Assembly (NCBI RefSeq): GCF_000181795.1
Contig: NW_003526943.1
Coordinates: forward strand, 124,001-186,917
Direction of reading: 5' to 3'
DNA: 62,917 nt
Origin: Trichinella spiralis
Taxonomy: Eukaryota
Below are positions 41,091 to 53,352 of this stretch, in pieces. Each line of letters starts with the position of its first letter. The first letter of the stretch is position 1. A program made the position numbers and the translations under genes. The notes under the pieces are model-generated. The model saw only the letters and a program-made list of their open reading frames with translations, searched no databases and had not been told where the DNA came from.

Positions 41091-42594
41091 AATTTTCTGT
41101 AAATAAATTTACAAATTTTTAAAATAATTCTAACTAATTCGTAAATAATACTATAAAATCAGAATTACATCATAAATGACATAAAATGACATTATATGTA
41201 CAACATTTACTAACCACTGCGTTAAAAAGTGATAACAAGAAATCAATAATTCTTAACAAAAATAACAATAAAAAAGTTTACCCATAAAGTGACAATTAAC
41301 ATGTATCAAAAACAAAAATAATTATGATTTAGAAAAAATTCATAAAAAATAAACAAAACAAAAAAATCTCCAACAAGAAATTTTAAATTTCATTATAAGA
41401 AAACTATCACTAGTTGTTTATGTAATTTATGAACCTTTAAAAATTTTAGTGGGTTCAGAAAACAACAGCAAAACTTCTATAAATAAAAGCATACATTAAA
41501 ATGAAATGTGAAATATATTAACTGTCAAATTTTACATCCAAAGTGTCACTAATGCATTATAAATAAATATAAAGTACAGTAACAATATAAGTAAGAGTAA
41601 TTTTAGAAATATTTGGTAAAGCCTGTTAATCTACTGATACATTTGTCGACAGCTTTATTAATGATAATTATTGCATAATTTGCAGTTTCGAGCACTACAA
41701 AACAAACAAAATTGAATAAATGCTTCTTTCAATGAAGTGAATTCGAATAGATCGAACAAATGCTTCTCAGTATTTTCCATAGCATATTCTCAGTAATTTC
41801 CATGTGATGTAAGCGATGAATATTTATTTGTCAAAATTTTAATTAGATAAAATTCATGGGTAATTCATCATGTGCATATAGCCCTTCAATTTGAAGTCTC
41901 AGCATATACACGTAACTTTAAAATGATTAAATTAATTTCATTTACTTTAAAAGAATGTTTGAATCTCCAAACATGTTTGCAGTACTTTCTGGCATTTAAC
42001 CATTTTTAAATCGATCTTTTCATTATATTTATCACTTTCATTAATTAATATCTGCTTTTGCTAAAATAATTACTCAGGTAAGTCTCACATCTTACTCTGA
42101 TGACAAAATAAAAAATATGTCAACACACTTTACGATATTCTAATTAGCCACTTGATGAATTTTATTTACTCAAAACTGCAAGTGTAATTAAAATAATCAA
42201 CATTCGGTGTGATGTTGCAGTTAAAATTGAATTGTGAATTGCTTCATGAAAATTTTTTTTGAAATAAATTTTCCATTGTTTTCACAAAAAACAATGCTGT
42301 TTTCGATGACCTTTCGTTCAAATGTAGGTTAAGAGATCAAAAAGCAGCCAAATTATGAATGCTATATTTTATTAAATGCATTAATAAAATTAAACGTAAA
42401 AGTAATTATTACTTGTTATGTTTATGTTAAGTAAAAATTTATCATTTATTTGTGCAATGTTTTTCATTTTTGTTTGACATATCTTGAAAGTCACTTCTTT
42501 TTACAGACTGAATTGAAAGCATTCTAATTGACAGTCACGTTTGAATTTGTTGCTTGAAATAAATGTATGCTTGATAAGCGCGACTTTTTCCAAA

Positions 42595-43628
42595 ATGAAG
42601 CGAATACGATGTCGTACTGCGAAGCGCCGAAGTGCAACAACAACAACAACAACAACAACAACAAAAACAAAAACAACAACGAGAAAGCAAATACCAACTG
42701 ATGAAGAGAAAGAAATGTTTTCAAAAGTGGATTCCCGATCGATTATTAATTCAATGAAATGTAGTGTTCTGATAATGAAAGCTCTGGAACAACGCTTTAA
42801 TCAGTACAAAAAGATGAGATATGATTTGCTGTTGGAAATGCATGAAGAAAAACGAAAATTAGCACTTGAAGGGAAACTGCCAAACATGATAGCAAAGACA
42901 CAGCAGTTGAACGAAATGCTTCTTCAACGGTATTGGCTTATTTTTTTTTAATTTACATAAAATAATAATGTTCTTTTAACAGATTACTTGTTAAAGCAAA
43001 TAAATAGTGTTGCTAGTTACTTCTGGTATTTTTTATTGGTGTAATTATTTATTTTTTTCACTTTTTTTAAAAGTTGTAACGAATCGAACAATTTCTAATG
43101 AATTAACTAGTTGTATATATATCATTTTTATCTTACTTAACACCTTAAATACATTAAGTTCATGCGATATTTTTTAGAATTAAAGAATTTCGGGCGCAAA
43201 GAGATTCAAAAAAAGCATTTTTAAAGTTGAACACAAAAGTTAATCTAGTGACTGAAGTGGATAGTGCGAATGAAACGAAACGTATACAAATGCGCAATTT
43301 GGAGTGCTGTATTCAAATGAGGATTAAAGCGTTGGATGAAGAATATCTCAATGCAGCAGTGCATGCTGAACTTCGAGTACGACGAGAATTACATCGTAGT
43401 GATCTTAAGCCAGTTTCAGTTGACTTTGCCGAACGTCCCAATGGTCCAAATACAAATGAAAAACGGAAACAGCCGTTGATGACTTTTGGTCCCATGGTTG
43501 TTAATCAGTTACCAGATGAAAAAACGGCTTACATTTCGGAAGTGATACGTGGTGCTGTTTTGCGCAGAACTTTAGAAAATGATATGCAAGCGATCCTCAA
43601 CCCTTCCAGTCCATCAGATACTGAATGA
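42595..43628 (+). CDS. Divergent Sds3/BRMS1-like coiled-coil protein (Sin3-HDAC complex family), 2 exons
   Basis: Exon 42595-42929 (CG|GTATTG) joins exon 43178-43628 (TTTTAG|A) in frame. ALEQRFNQYKKMRY, QMRIKALDEE and KRKQPLMTFGPMVVNQL parallel BRMS1 DLEKQFSELKEKLF, QERIQRLEED and KRKKAPLVSGPYIVYML (recalled from memory). An N-terminal poly-Thr comes from an (ACA)n repeat. Confidence 0.65.
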
Positions 43629-44528
43629 ATATTCCACTCTAGTTGAGAACATTTTGTTAAGAAAAAATAATCATCACATTTCATGTTAGTTGATGTTACT
43701 AGCGATACTTCTTTGATTATTTTAATGTTAAAAGTACGCTTTTGTTAAGTTTCATCTTTAATGATTAGTCCAGATGTTGTAGCTTATATAAAATTTTCAT
43801 TTATGCAATCATCGAAATTTAGTCTTGTATCATGAATATTTTAATGTGAATAATTTTAATAACTCAAATTGAATAAAGGAATGTTAAACTGTCGAAATAA
43901 GTCATCTTATGGAGGGAAATCAATGCATAAATGTATTTTAAAAAATGTATAATATAGTACGCTGTTTTTCAAAGAAGCATGTTAAAAGCTTCCCCTAATT
44001 GATTTCACGTGACCAGTTAGTTCTGCACACCCCTTGAGATGCAATTCGAATATATATACGAAAATATTCAATGCTGAAATAAAATATTTGATCAATTTAT
44101 GAAGTTTTTAAATGTACTACGCTAAAAGTGATTTGAAATTTAACCACATTAAAACTAAAATTCCAATTTTGCTATTAAATATTACAGATAACTACAATCA
44201 TAATATTCATACTGTGGAATTAAATTACAGTAAACAAAAAGCAAGTTCATTTATATTTAACAATTGATTGAAGAAAAAAATCACTACATTGATAAATGAA
44301 CATTATTTTGATATTCTACAACATAAAACAAATTACATTTTAATATAGCACAAATGATGATAATTCAAATGATTTGTAGAAAGAATAACAACTTAAGTTG
44401 CAAAAATATATAAGCTGATGTTTTTGTAAAAAGATAACTACACTCTATAGGAATTCACTGTATAAATTAAAAAGTGCATACATTTACCATTTTCACAGAC
44501 TACTAGAAAAATAGTTCAGTGATAGAAC

Positions 44529-47500
44529 TTAAATTCTATCGGTACACTGGTAATATCCATTACTTTCAAATGCATATCGCTGCGACAAATGAAGCGAAAG
44601 TGATGGTTGTATCCCAAAGTCAAAGTCAGCGAAAAGCTAAAAACAAATAAAAATCTTAACTGTGAAAAGATCAAAAGAATTTGTATGTGCGCATGTCATG
44701 CAAAGAATTCTTAAACTCGTCAACTTTTAATTATTACTCCACTAAAAAGACATCTTTACAAGATTTATTTATTTAAAATTATAATGAATAAAAATTTAAT
44801 CAAAATGAAAAAAAACTGAAACAAAATTCAGATAACATTTCTGAGCAGTAGGCAAAATAAATATAATAATTTGCTGACGTACGTACAATAATGATCTTAT
44901 TAAATAAAATGAACTTCAGTTTTTAAATAGAGCCACAAAGAATATTACTTTTTATTAAGTAACTGAAAAATAAAGATATAAGGATTATACAAATACTGAC
45001 GTCTCATACAACGCAAACAAAGGAATAAATATTTCAAGATGCTTTATGTTCTTTTCTCTTTTAAATGCACCATGAAAAATATAATTACTAATATTAATTT
45101 GATAACAATGCTTATAAAAAATGAAAATCTAATTAACGCAAACGCTGTTAACTGAAAATGATAATAAAATAAAAATATAAAAAGAATAATGCAATCGCAC
45201 ACAATCATTTTCCATTTTGATAAAGAAATAAATAGCTTCACTTTTACGTAATACATATGCGTCTATTATGAAACATCAGATCTTTCTAAATGTAGTTCTA
45301 TGTTACAGCAGAGAAATCAAGTTCAGATAAATGAATACAACAGCTAATCAAACAAAGCTGACATCACAGTACGCGATTAGCGCAAGATGACACCAAGCGT
45401 TTCATTCAGGCAGCAGTCCATGCTCAATAATGGTGTATATTTTTGGCTGCATGCAGTTGATAAAAGCGTTGAAATTGTCATCCTCAACAATTTACGTTAT
45501 AATTTTTCTTTTTTTCACATGCTTGAGAATGTCTAAAACCACGACTGCCAATGAACAGCTTACATCTAAATTGAATAATAGCGCAAACAAAACTCAGATA
45601 CCAACGAAATTTCCGCCAACTCTGTTCAAACAACGAAGCTTAGAAGGACAATACAAAGATAGCAGCAACGCAGAAGCAACACCGGTACAACTAAAAGCAT
45701 GCTGTGGGACAAAATGTAAAAATTTTGAAAATTTGATCAGCATGGTTGGAGTGGAATGTTGTGGCACGACACCTGCAAATTTAATTCAAAATATTTGCTG
45801 CAAAAATACACTGCATGAACGTCGATCAGGAAGCCGTTATTTTGACAGATGTTGCTCAGAAATACCGTATGCTTCAGATCAAACTTGTTGCGAAGGAAAA
45901 GTGTACGAAGGTATCGGTTTAGCATGCTGCGGAAGTGCTGCTTATAATCTGCATGATAAAAAGAAAATTTGTTGTGACCGAGAACTGTATACGATACCAT
46001 CAAGTTTCATTACAACCGCCTGTTGTGGAAACATGCTGTACAATGCGTGGGATGGAAATGAATTCTGTTGTGGAAATAAAATTTATTCCAGAAAATTCTC
46101 GAATGCATGCTGCGTTTGGGACGGGCAAAGTGATAAAGAAGCAGAAGATGCTCAAGGATACAACTTGAATACTGAAATTTGTTGCAACGGAGTGCACGAT
46201 AGAAAACTATTCGATTCTTGTTGTTATGTACCCGATCTATCTGGACCAGGTTTTTCTAAACCAACGCCCGTCCCTTACAACTCAAAAACTCATTGCTGTG
46301 ATTACATTGGAGTGAAACCAATCAATCCAAAATCAGGTAAATGTGAAAATTCTTAAAGAACCAAAAGTGAAAATGTACATCTTTTTATTATTGTCATTAC
46401 CATAACATTATAATGTTGAATCCATTCTTGCCATACTTGTTCATTTCATATTAAATTCCACAATTAAAATTTTTTATGGACAATTTAATGCAATAATTCA
46501 ATTTGTCTAAACTTTTGAACAATATACATGATTTTAACAAATTATGTTCAACAATGTATAAAATTCAATTTTTTAAATTATCCCATAACTTTCTAATCAA
46601 TATGCCACTGTATAACCAAGCAATACAAGCAAACTTACAGTAATAAAAGCGCCGCATAATGAAGAAAATTCAATTAATTGCTGTTTGACTTCGTCTTTTT
46701 TTTCATTTAAGTATATTTATAAAAAAAATTTTGAATGCAAAACATGTGCACGTGAACAAACATAATTTAATTTATTTCTACGACATCTCAACCGACAAGC
46801 CCTTATTCATAAGCATAAAAAACTACTTACCTAGGGTTTAAAATTTCCACCAGATTTTTCAAGTAAAAACGTTTTTTCATATATTTTATGTTTCAGTTTT
46901 ATTTCCTAATTCTACTTCTCTAAGATACACGATTTTCTCAACTGCTGTCAATGAAACAATGAAGGCACAAAGATTAAAAGTGGTTAGCAAAATCAAAAAA
47001 CAGTGGCTTTATCATGTTAAAAAACTTTTTAAAGCAGAATTTAATTGAGCATAATTGACAGTTAAAAAACACTACACACAAGAATTCCAATGTAACCAAG
47101 AGCAAAAAATCTCAGTGCAGATTACATCAATACAGAGAATAGAACTAGGGTAAAGAGTCAAGCCGAGAAAAAAATATTAACAATGTTGACCGGCCATTTA
47201 TGGATAAGAGCAAATCTCAAACTAGTGGATGTATTCTCTTCAAAATTTTCACTGAGGGGAACAACCCAATGTATAAAATCATGCATGGCATTTTACAATA
47301 AACAACGCAATAAAATAATTAATTACCATTGAAAAATACCTTCACATATTTCAGCATAAGTTTTAACTGCCCAATTAAATTAAGTTCAATTAAACTTTCC
47401 TCAGACATCAAAAATAAAACAATACCTTTAAAATTTTTCTGGCATCAAATGGCACTCGACGCTGTTTATTCGTCTCCCCATCTCCAATTTTATCAGACAC

Positions 47501-49162
47501 TTCTTCTGAGTCACTTCCATGTTGAAACACATTATTTAAAAGAGTAACATGCAGTTTAACGTGTTCAAATTTGTTAATGAGCAAACCAGAAGTTTCAAAG
47601 TGCTCACATACTTTGTCAACAAACTGCTGAAATCTATAAGAAATAATTCACATACAACAGAGAAAAAACATAATAGCAGAATAAAAAATCACATATTAAA
47701 AGAAGTAATGCTACCTGTCTAATTCTTCAACAGAATCAAATTCAACCTTTCCATATAGTACATTAACATTTGCAGGATCGTCGTTCATAATTTCTATACC
47801 ATGCAATCGACAACTGACATTACTCAAATCTTTTTTTAATATCGGTCTAATAAAAATTTCAAAAAATTTTATTGATACGTAGTAATGATTATATTTATTT
47901 CATTTATTATTAATCATAACAGTTTTGGTTATTTAAGTATTTTCACAATTTTACTAATTGGATAAACTTTAAATTTTATATATCACATATTTTAATAATT
48001 CAATTTGAATTATTACTTAGTTTTTGTTTAAAATTAATTTATTTTTTCGGAAATTATAAAAAATTTATAGTTTCAGTTTAAAACAAAAAATCAGAAGAGT
48101 ACTTACAGCACTACTGATTCTTTACATTGATGAAGAAGTTCTCTGGCAATCTTACGTTCATTTTCATTCATTAATACCAACGTTCCTACCGTAAGATGCA
48201 GTCGATTTGGATTTTGAAACAAATCTTTACAAATATTGTTACACTAAAATAATTAAAACATCAACATTATTTTTGCAAACCACTATCTAGGATAAATTTA
48301 ATACTATTCTTGATTTATGTAAATAAATTTACAAAAAATATCTCACTTACTTCTAAGCATTCCTTTAAAACAGAGTCTTTAAAATTTTCAAAATTAGCAA
48401 CGATTTCCGAAGCAGTAAATGGAATGGAAAGAAAATGAGTAAATGACTGGTGCAAACGCGCGGCATTTACTATCATCATGATTCGACGAGCGCAAGACAT
48501 AACGGAATATTTCGTTTCACCCTTAACAGCTAAACAAATAAGCATAAATAAATAAATAAAAGTCATAATACGTATTATAATAAGAAGCAAAGAAAATCAA
48601 AAGGAATGGTAGATAAAACGAAAAAGATTAAAATATGGGAATACGTACTATTTACAACTAATACATTCTGAATATTCTAATTAAATCATAACTCAAATAA
48701 ATATATAATTAAGTATAAAATTGATCAGAAATTTAATAAACTATCCTTTGCAATTCAATATTACGCACTGACTGGAAGCCGTTCTTCCTGATTTGGTACT
48801 GTAATTTTTGTATTTGTTTCTTTTTCAAGCCTATGTTTTGTTTCTTTTTTGCGACCAACTATGTAACCAAAATACGAATTTGCTATGTTCAACGTAGCTA
48901 ACACGCTTTCTGATGTTTCTTCTGTAATTACCACTCCTTCAATACCTTCACATATTTCATTTTCTGCGTTTAACTGACCTAAAAAAATAAAATTGGATCC
49001 AAATCTTTAAACAAAATATTAAATGTCGGTCGTTCATTAAAAAGTAAAACACTTGCTTATATCATCATTCCTAATTTCATCGTTATATTTTGGATATTTT
49101 ATTGCCATTCTTCTATAGCAGCGACCATCAACATAATACAAATAAGGCTTCATTACATCCAT
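44529..49162 (-). CDS. ASCC1: Activating signal cointegrator 1 complex subunit 1 (KH plus 2H-phosphoesterase), 7 exons
   Basis: N-terminus MDVMKPYLYYVDGRCYRR; KH domain FGYIVGRKKETKHRLEKETNTKITVP; motifs FTHFLS, LHLTVG, IMNDDP..VLYGKV, VKLHVTLLN and FDARKILK. A remote last exon at 44636-44529 reads LFADFDFGIQPSLSLHLSQRYAFESNGYYQCTDRI* and matches the ASCC1 C-terminus. Confidence 0.92.
45430..46356 (+). CDS. Galaxin-like di-cysteine (CC) repeat protein, probably secreted or membrane-anchored; intronless and nested in an ASCC1 intron
   Basis: 308-aa ORF with an N-terminal hydrophobic stretch (IYVIIFLFFTCL) and about 13 regularly spaced CC motifs in the pattern CCGxxxY..xCCxxxxY (for example YNLNTEICCNGVHD), typical of galaxin and the usherin cysteine-rich region. 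Confidence 0.85.
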   Translation: MVYIFGCMQLIKALKLSSSTIYVIIFLFFTCLRMSKTTTANEQLTSKLNNSANKTQIPTKFPPTLFKQRSLEGQYKDSSNAEATPVQLKACCGTKCKNFENLISMVGVECCGTTPANLIQNICCKNTLHERRSGSRYFDRCCSEIPYASDQTCCEGKVYEGIGLACCGSAAYNLHDKKKICCDRELYTIPSSFITTACCGNMLYNAWDGNEFCCGNKIYSRKFSNACCVWDGQSDKEAEDAQGYNLNTEICCNGVHDRKLFDSCCYVPDLSGPGFSKPTPVPYNSKTHCCDYIGVKPINPKSGKCENS

Positions 49163-50668
49163 TCCAAAGTGCTTATGAAATATTCAAAAAACAAAATGAC
49201 GAATTACTGCAGAAGAGGTATAACTAACGTGACGTAACTTTCAATTTTTCAAAATTTTCAGAAATAAAAAACAACTGTCAATGTTTCACTTTAAAATTTT
49301 ATTCAAATACTAAATTGCTTTTAAACAAATCTGCACAATCGTGAATGAAATTTAAGAAAACATTTAAGAAGTAAAACGAAAGAATGTAAACGTAAATTTA
49401 AAGATATTAAAGAACAAATAGCATCCGCAACGTTTCAGTTTAGGGTAAAAAGTATAATTCTATAAATAATTTAACAAAAAAAGTATTTTATATAAAATTT
49501 ATTAAATTTCCTTTTTTCTTTAATTTCAAAACTTTAAAAATAAGATAAAGTTTGTCAAATAAAAATGAAAGAATACTGTAATTTGATCGCTGAAAGAAAT
49601 AATCACTCGTAAAGAATACTGATTTAAATTGGACAAAAATTCGAAAAAACTATTTTTACAAATTGAATGTAAAAAAATTATATGATGTAAAAATTCATCA
49701 TTATTCTTGCGGTAAAATTTAATTGAAGGAAAGGCTGTGCATTTTCTGCTCTTTTTCTTTTCTTTCAATAATTTCTTTTATAATATCATGAATATATGAA
49801 TATTTCTTTAACGGATATGAAGTACTGCACCGTTAATTGAATTATAAAATTAATTCTGTGAACGGACGACGACCAAACTAAATTTACTGATGTATTTATT
49901 TTATCATAAAAAATCGAATGGTTTCACTTGTTGATCAGAGAGTTAACAGGATAGAGCGTTAATTATTTGACTAAGTAAATAAGAAAAGAATTATCAGTAC
50001 AGTAATGTGAATAATGGCAAACATATAAAACATGATATGATTCAGATGTGTAGAGTGTAATAGAAAAAAAAGAATTAAATGTTGCATTGTTGAAACAAAA
50101 GAATTTTAAGAAATTAGAAGTTTACAAAATATAAATTTTGTAGAACAGAACAAATGTAGAATTAAACAGGTGCAGATGTAATTAAAGAAATAATTTAAAT
50201 GGATCTTAAAAATCAGCAATCAAGAGAGAGTATTGTTGAAGAAGCATAATTTGTTGTTAGCCAAAGTAAACAAGGAGGTCTTGTTGAAAATGTAAAAGCC
50301 AGTTTTTAATCAATATTGAATTGGAAAGAAAAGAATTGAAAAGATGCAACGTTGTTTCGGCATATTCTTGAAAACCTGCCATGACAATGATCCTAAATCA
50401 GCGTCACGATTTGATTGAATTCTTTGATGAAAACAAAAACTGCTGGTTATTTATGCTTTGCAACTTATGCAAGTTTGCAAAAGCTTTCAGAAAAGAACTG
50501 GTTAGTTCAATTTCATCACTTAAACAGAAGCAGAATGATTCATCGATATTCTTGCTGAGGCATGAATAATTTTAATAGATTTGCTGATCACCGGTTAACA
50601 TCGTTCAGCCATATTTTCTTGAGATTTTTTCTTATTCAATTTCACATTTTCCAAAACATCTATAATAC

Positions 50669-52442
50669 ATGGAAAAGTTGAAAAACATTACAATGCCTTT
50701 GACACTCTTTATTTTCATATCAGGTACAGTATGATTGACTATTGATGCAAAAAATTAAAAAAAATATTTGAATATTTTAAAAATATACTTGAATTGAAAT
50801 TTAATAAAATTGAAAACCTTAAATGCAATTATTCGTAGACAGTATTTAAATCAATTGTATTTGATGGTAAAGTTGGTTGTTATGACGGTCCAAATTTATT
50901 AAAAGTATATATTTTTGTCCAAAAAATAATGAAATCACATTGATTTTTTATTTACAGTCATTTACTTTAGACAAAAAATAGAAAATACAAAAATAATATT
51001 TTAATTTAAAAGAAAAAAGCATAGTTTTTAATTATTTTTTAGCGATTTATGCTTGCCCAGATGAATTGTACTTAGATACTGATGAAGTTTCAAAACAGCC
51101 GATTTTGTGCTCTCAGGATGTAGATTGCAGAGAAGAAAGTAATTGCATTTATTCGCCTTCTCTCAATGACAATTATTGCTGTATGAAAACTGCCATCCCA
51201 GGAAGATCAGGTAAATGTTCATTTAAATTTTTTTTATTTGCATACTTCTTATTTTACTATATCTATAAAAAGTTTATCCATTGTATATCAATTGGACAAA
51301 TTATAATTCAATATATTATAAGATAACACAATTAAAAAATCTTTTAAATATTTCCCCAATCTTTTTGTAATTTAATACTTGTTATCTTCATTTTTAGTTA
51401 ATTGTAGCAATTGCTAATTAATTTTTAGCATTATATTTCAGTAAATTTTTGAATTGATTTTTTGAATTATTAGTCAGCATTTGACGGATCAGTTGAATGT
51501 TCAGTGTTTGATCAAGGTTAAAAGATTTTTCTCTCTTTGATATATTTTTAGTTTCTGTATGCATGGAATCCAGAATGGAAAACTCTGAATTTAACTTTTG
51601 CAATTTATCCGACAACAGTATTCAATGTGCAAGCAATCAAGAATGCCAATACAGCAGTTATTTGAACGACTTTATTTGTTGTGATTTATCTGAAGACTTT
51701 TTACTGCCATTAATTGATGCAGAAATGCTGCTTCGAAGCGAAATTCCAAATCCGCTTTATAAAATTGAGCACAATTTACAAGAAAGATATGTTTTACCGT
51801 TCAGTAATGTTTAATTTTTTTATTTTTTTGGATTTCAGTCATTTATAAACTGACTAGTTTTATTTATAAATTTAATGGAATTAAAATTATTTTTAATCGA
51901 AAATTTTGATAATAATGTTTAAACTTTGCCAGAAAATGTGTAAACAGTGAATTAGTTGAAGTTTAATATCGTGTGTTAGAGTAGAGAATTAATTTAAAAA
52001 GAACTGCCTTGATCAGAATTGTTGTTCATCGCTTTAGATGAACGTTATATTGCACAGTCAATATGTGAACATCGAAAGCCATTATACATTAATGGTCAAC
52101 CTCAAATTTGTAGCATCAGTATGGGTTGTCCATTCGGCTACACTTGCATTTTCTTTATCACTTCTGAAAAGGGGTTTTGTTGTCCGGATGTCACAGCTGA
52201 TGATGCTTTAGATTCTGGTAATTTTATTGCCGTTATTATTATCATCAATAAAATCAATACAATATTTAGATAATGGATGTTTGCCTGGACAACGTCCGTA
52301 CATTTTGCGACTGTACAATGAACCAGCTCATTGTGAGCCAAACGCAGTGGCAAATCGATGCCCTAAAGGATATAATTGTCAATTTAGTGGCCTGTATCAA
52401 AGTTTTATTTGTTGTAAACCAGTAAGAAAAAACTGGCTTTGA
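50669..52442 (+). CDS. Secreted cysteine-rich protein with four lustrin/WR1-type repeats (5 exons)
   Basis: A signal-peptide-like exon MEKLKNITMPLTLFIFIS|AIYAC is followed by repeats C..P..C....C....C.(Y/F)S......CC (for example CPKGYNCQFSGLYQSFICC and CPFGYTC..GFCC) linked by phase-1 GT-AG introns. TGA at 52440-52442. Confidence 0.8.
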
Positions 52443-53352
52443 AATGTTTCTGCGATTAAAATTTTATATTTATTTAAAGTTTAAATGCTAACTTTCAAAC
52501 TCACCATACATTGTGTAAATTGTTCAGTTGAAATTAATAAATGACAGTGACCATCTGTTTAGATTAGTTCATTGTTTGTTGGAATACATTGTTGAATGAA
52601 GGGTTTTCTCCCGGTGTTGTGTATCCTCATACGGAAAATTATCATGCTAAGATAATAAACAGTCATCAGTTAATCAGACGGCAAGCACAGGTACAGAGCA
52701 TTTGTGAAAAAGCACCAAATAGCATAGTAAAACTACAATCCTGAGAGCCGCGAGGAATACAAATTGAGGAGCGACCAAAAGTTAAATAATATTTATGTTG
52801 TGTGCGAGTATCGTCATTATTATACACTGGAGAATATTGTGTGTGTGTGTGTAGGTGTAGGTAGGCGTTTCTATTATTTGCATATATTTGTGTGTCTCTT
52901 CATTCCTCATTTAATAAAAGCAGTGGTGTGTTTTTACTTGTCTGTGTATTAAGAATTCTTACTCCTGCAGAGTGAATTTAATAGAACAACATTCTAAAAA
53001 TGCAACGTGAAGAGAAATAAAACATCTACTGAATGTGCGAGCGGTAAAACTTCAATATAAATCAACTTGTCACATGTCCGCTTTTAATATGAATTAATTA
53101 ATAAGTTGAAGCAATATTAAATAAATGTCGATTGCCACAATAAAAAAGTAACGTTATAATGCATAAACTAATTTATTTCAAAAGAATACATGAATGTATG
53201 ATTTCAAATACTACTGAATATGAGTAGATAAAATGGAAGCATTGAAAACAAAAATGATTGACTATTCAGTAGAGATTATATATAATTATTTATATAAATC
53301 ATTATAAATCAATTTTAAAAATTATTAAAATCCTGTAAAACTAAAATATATT

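Noticed and set aside
44521..44540. Short hairpin GATAGAA..TTCTATC over the ASCC1 stop codon
   Set aside because: A 7-bp stem is expected by chance in AT-rich DNA.
47180..47275. Possible H/ACA snoRNA in the ASCC1 last intron (hairpin plus ACA)
   Set aside because: No clear ANANNA H box and a weak second hairpin; it cannot be supported without a covariance-model search.
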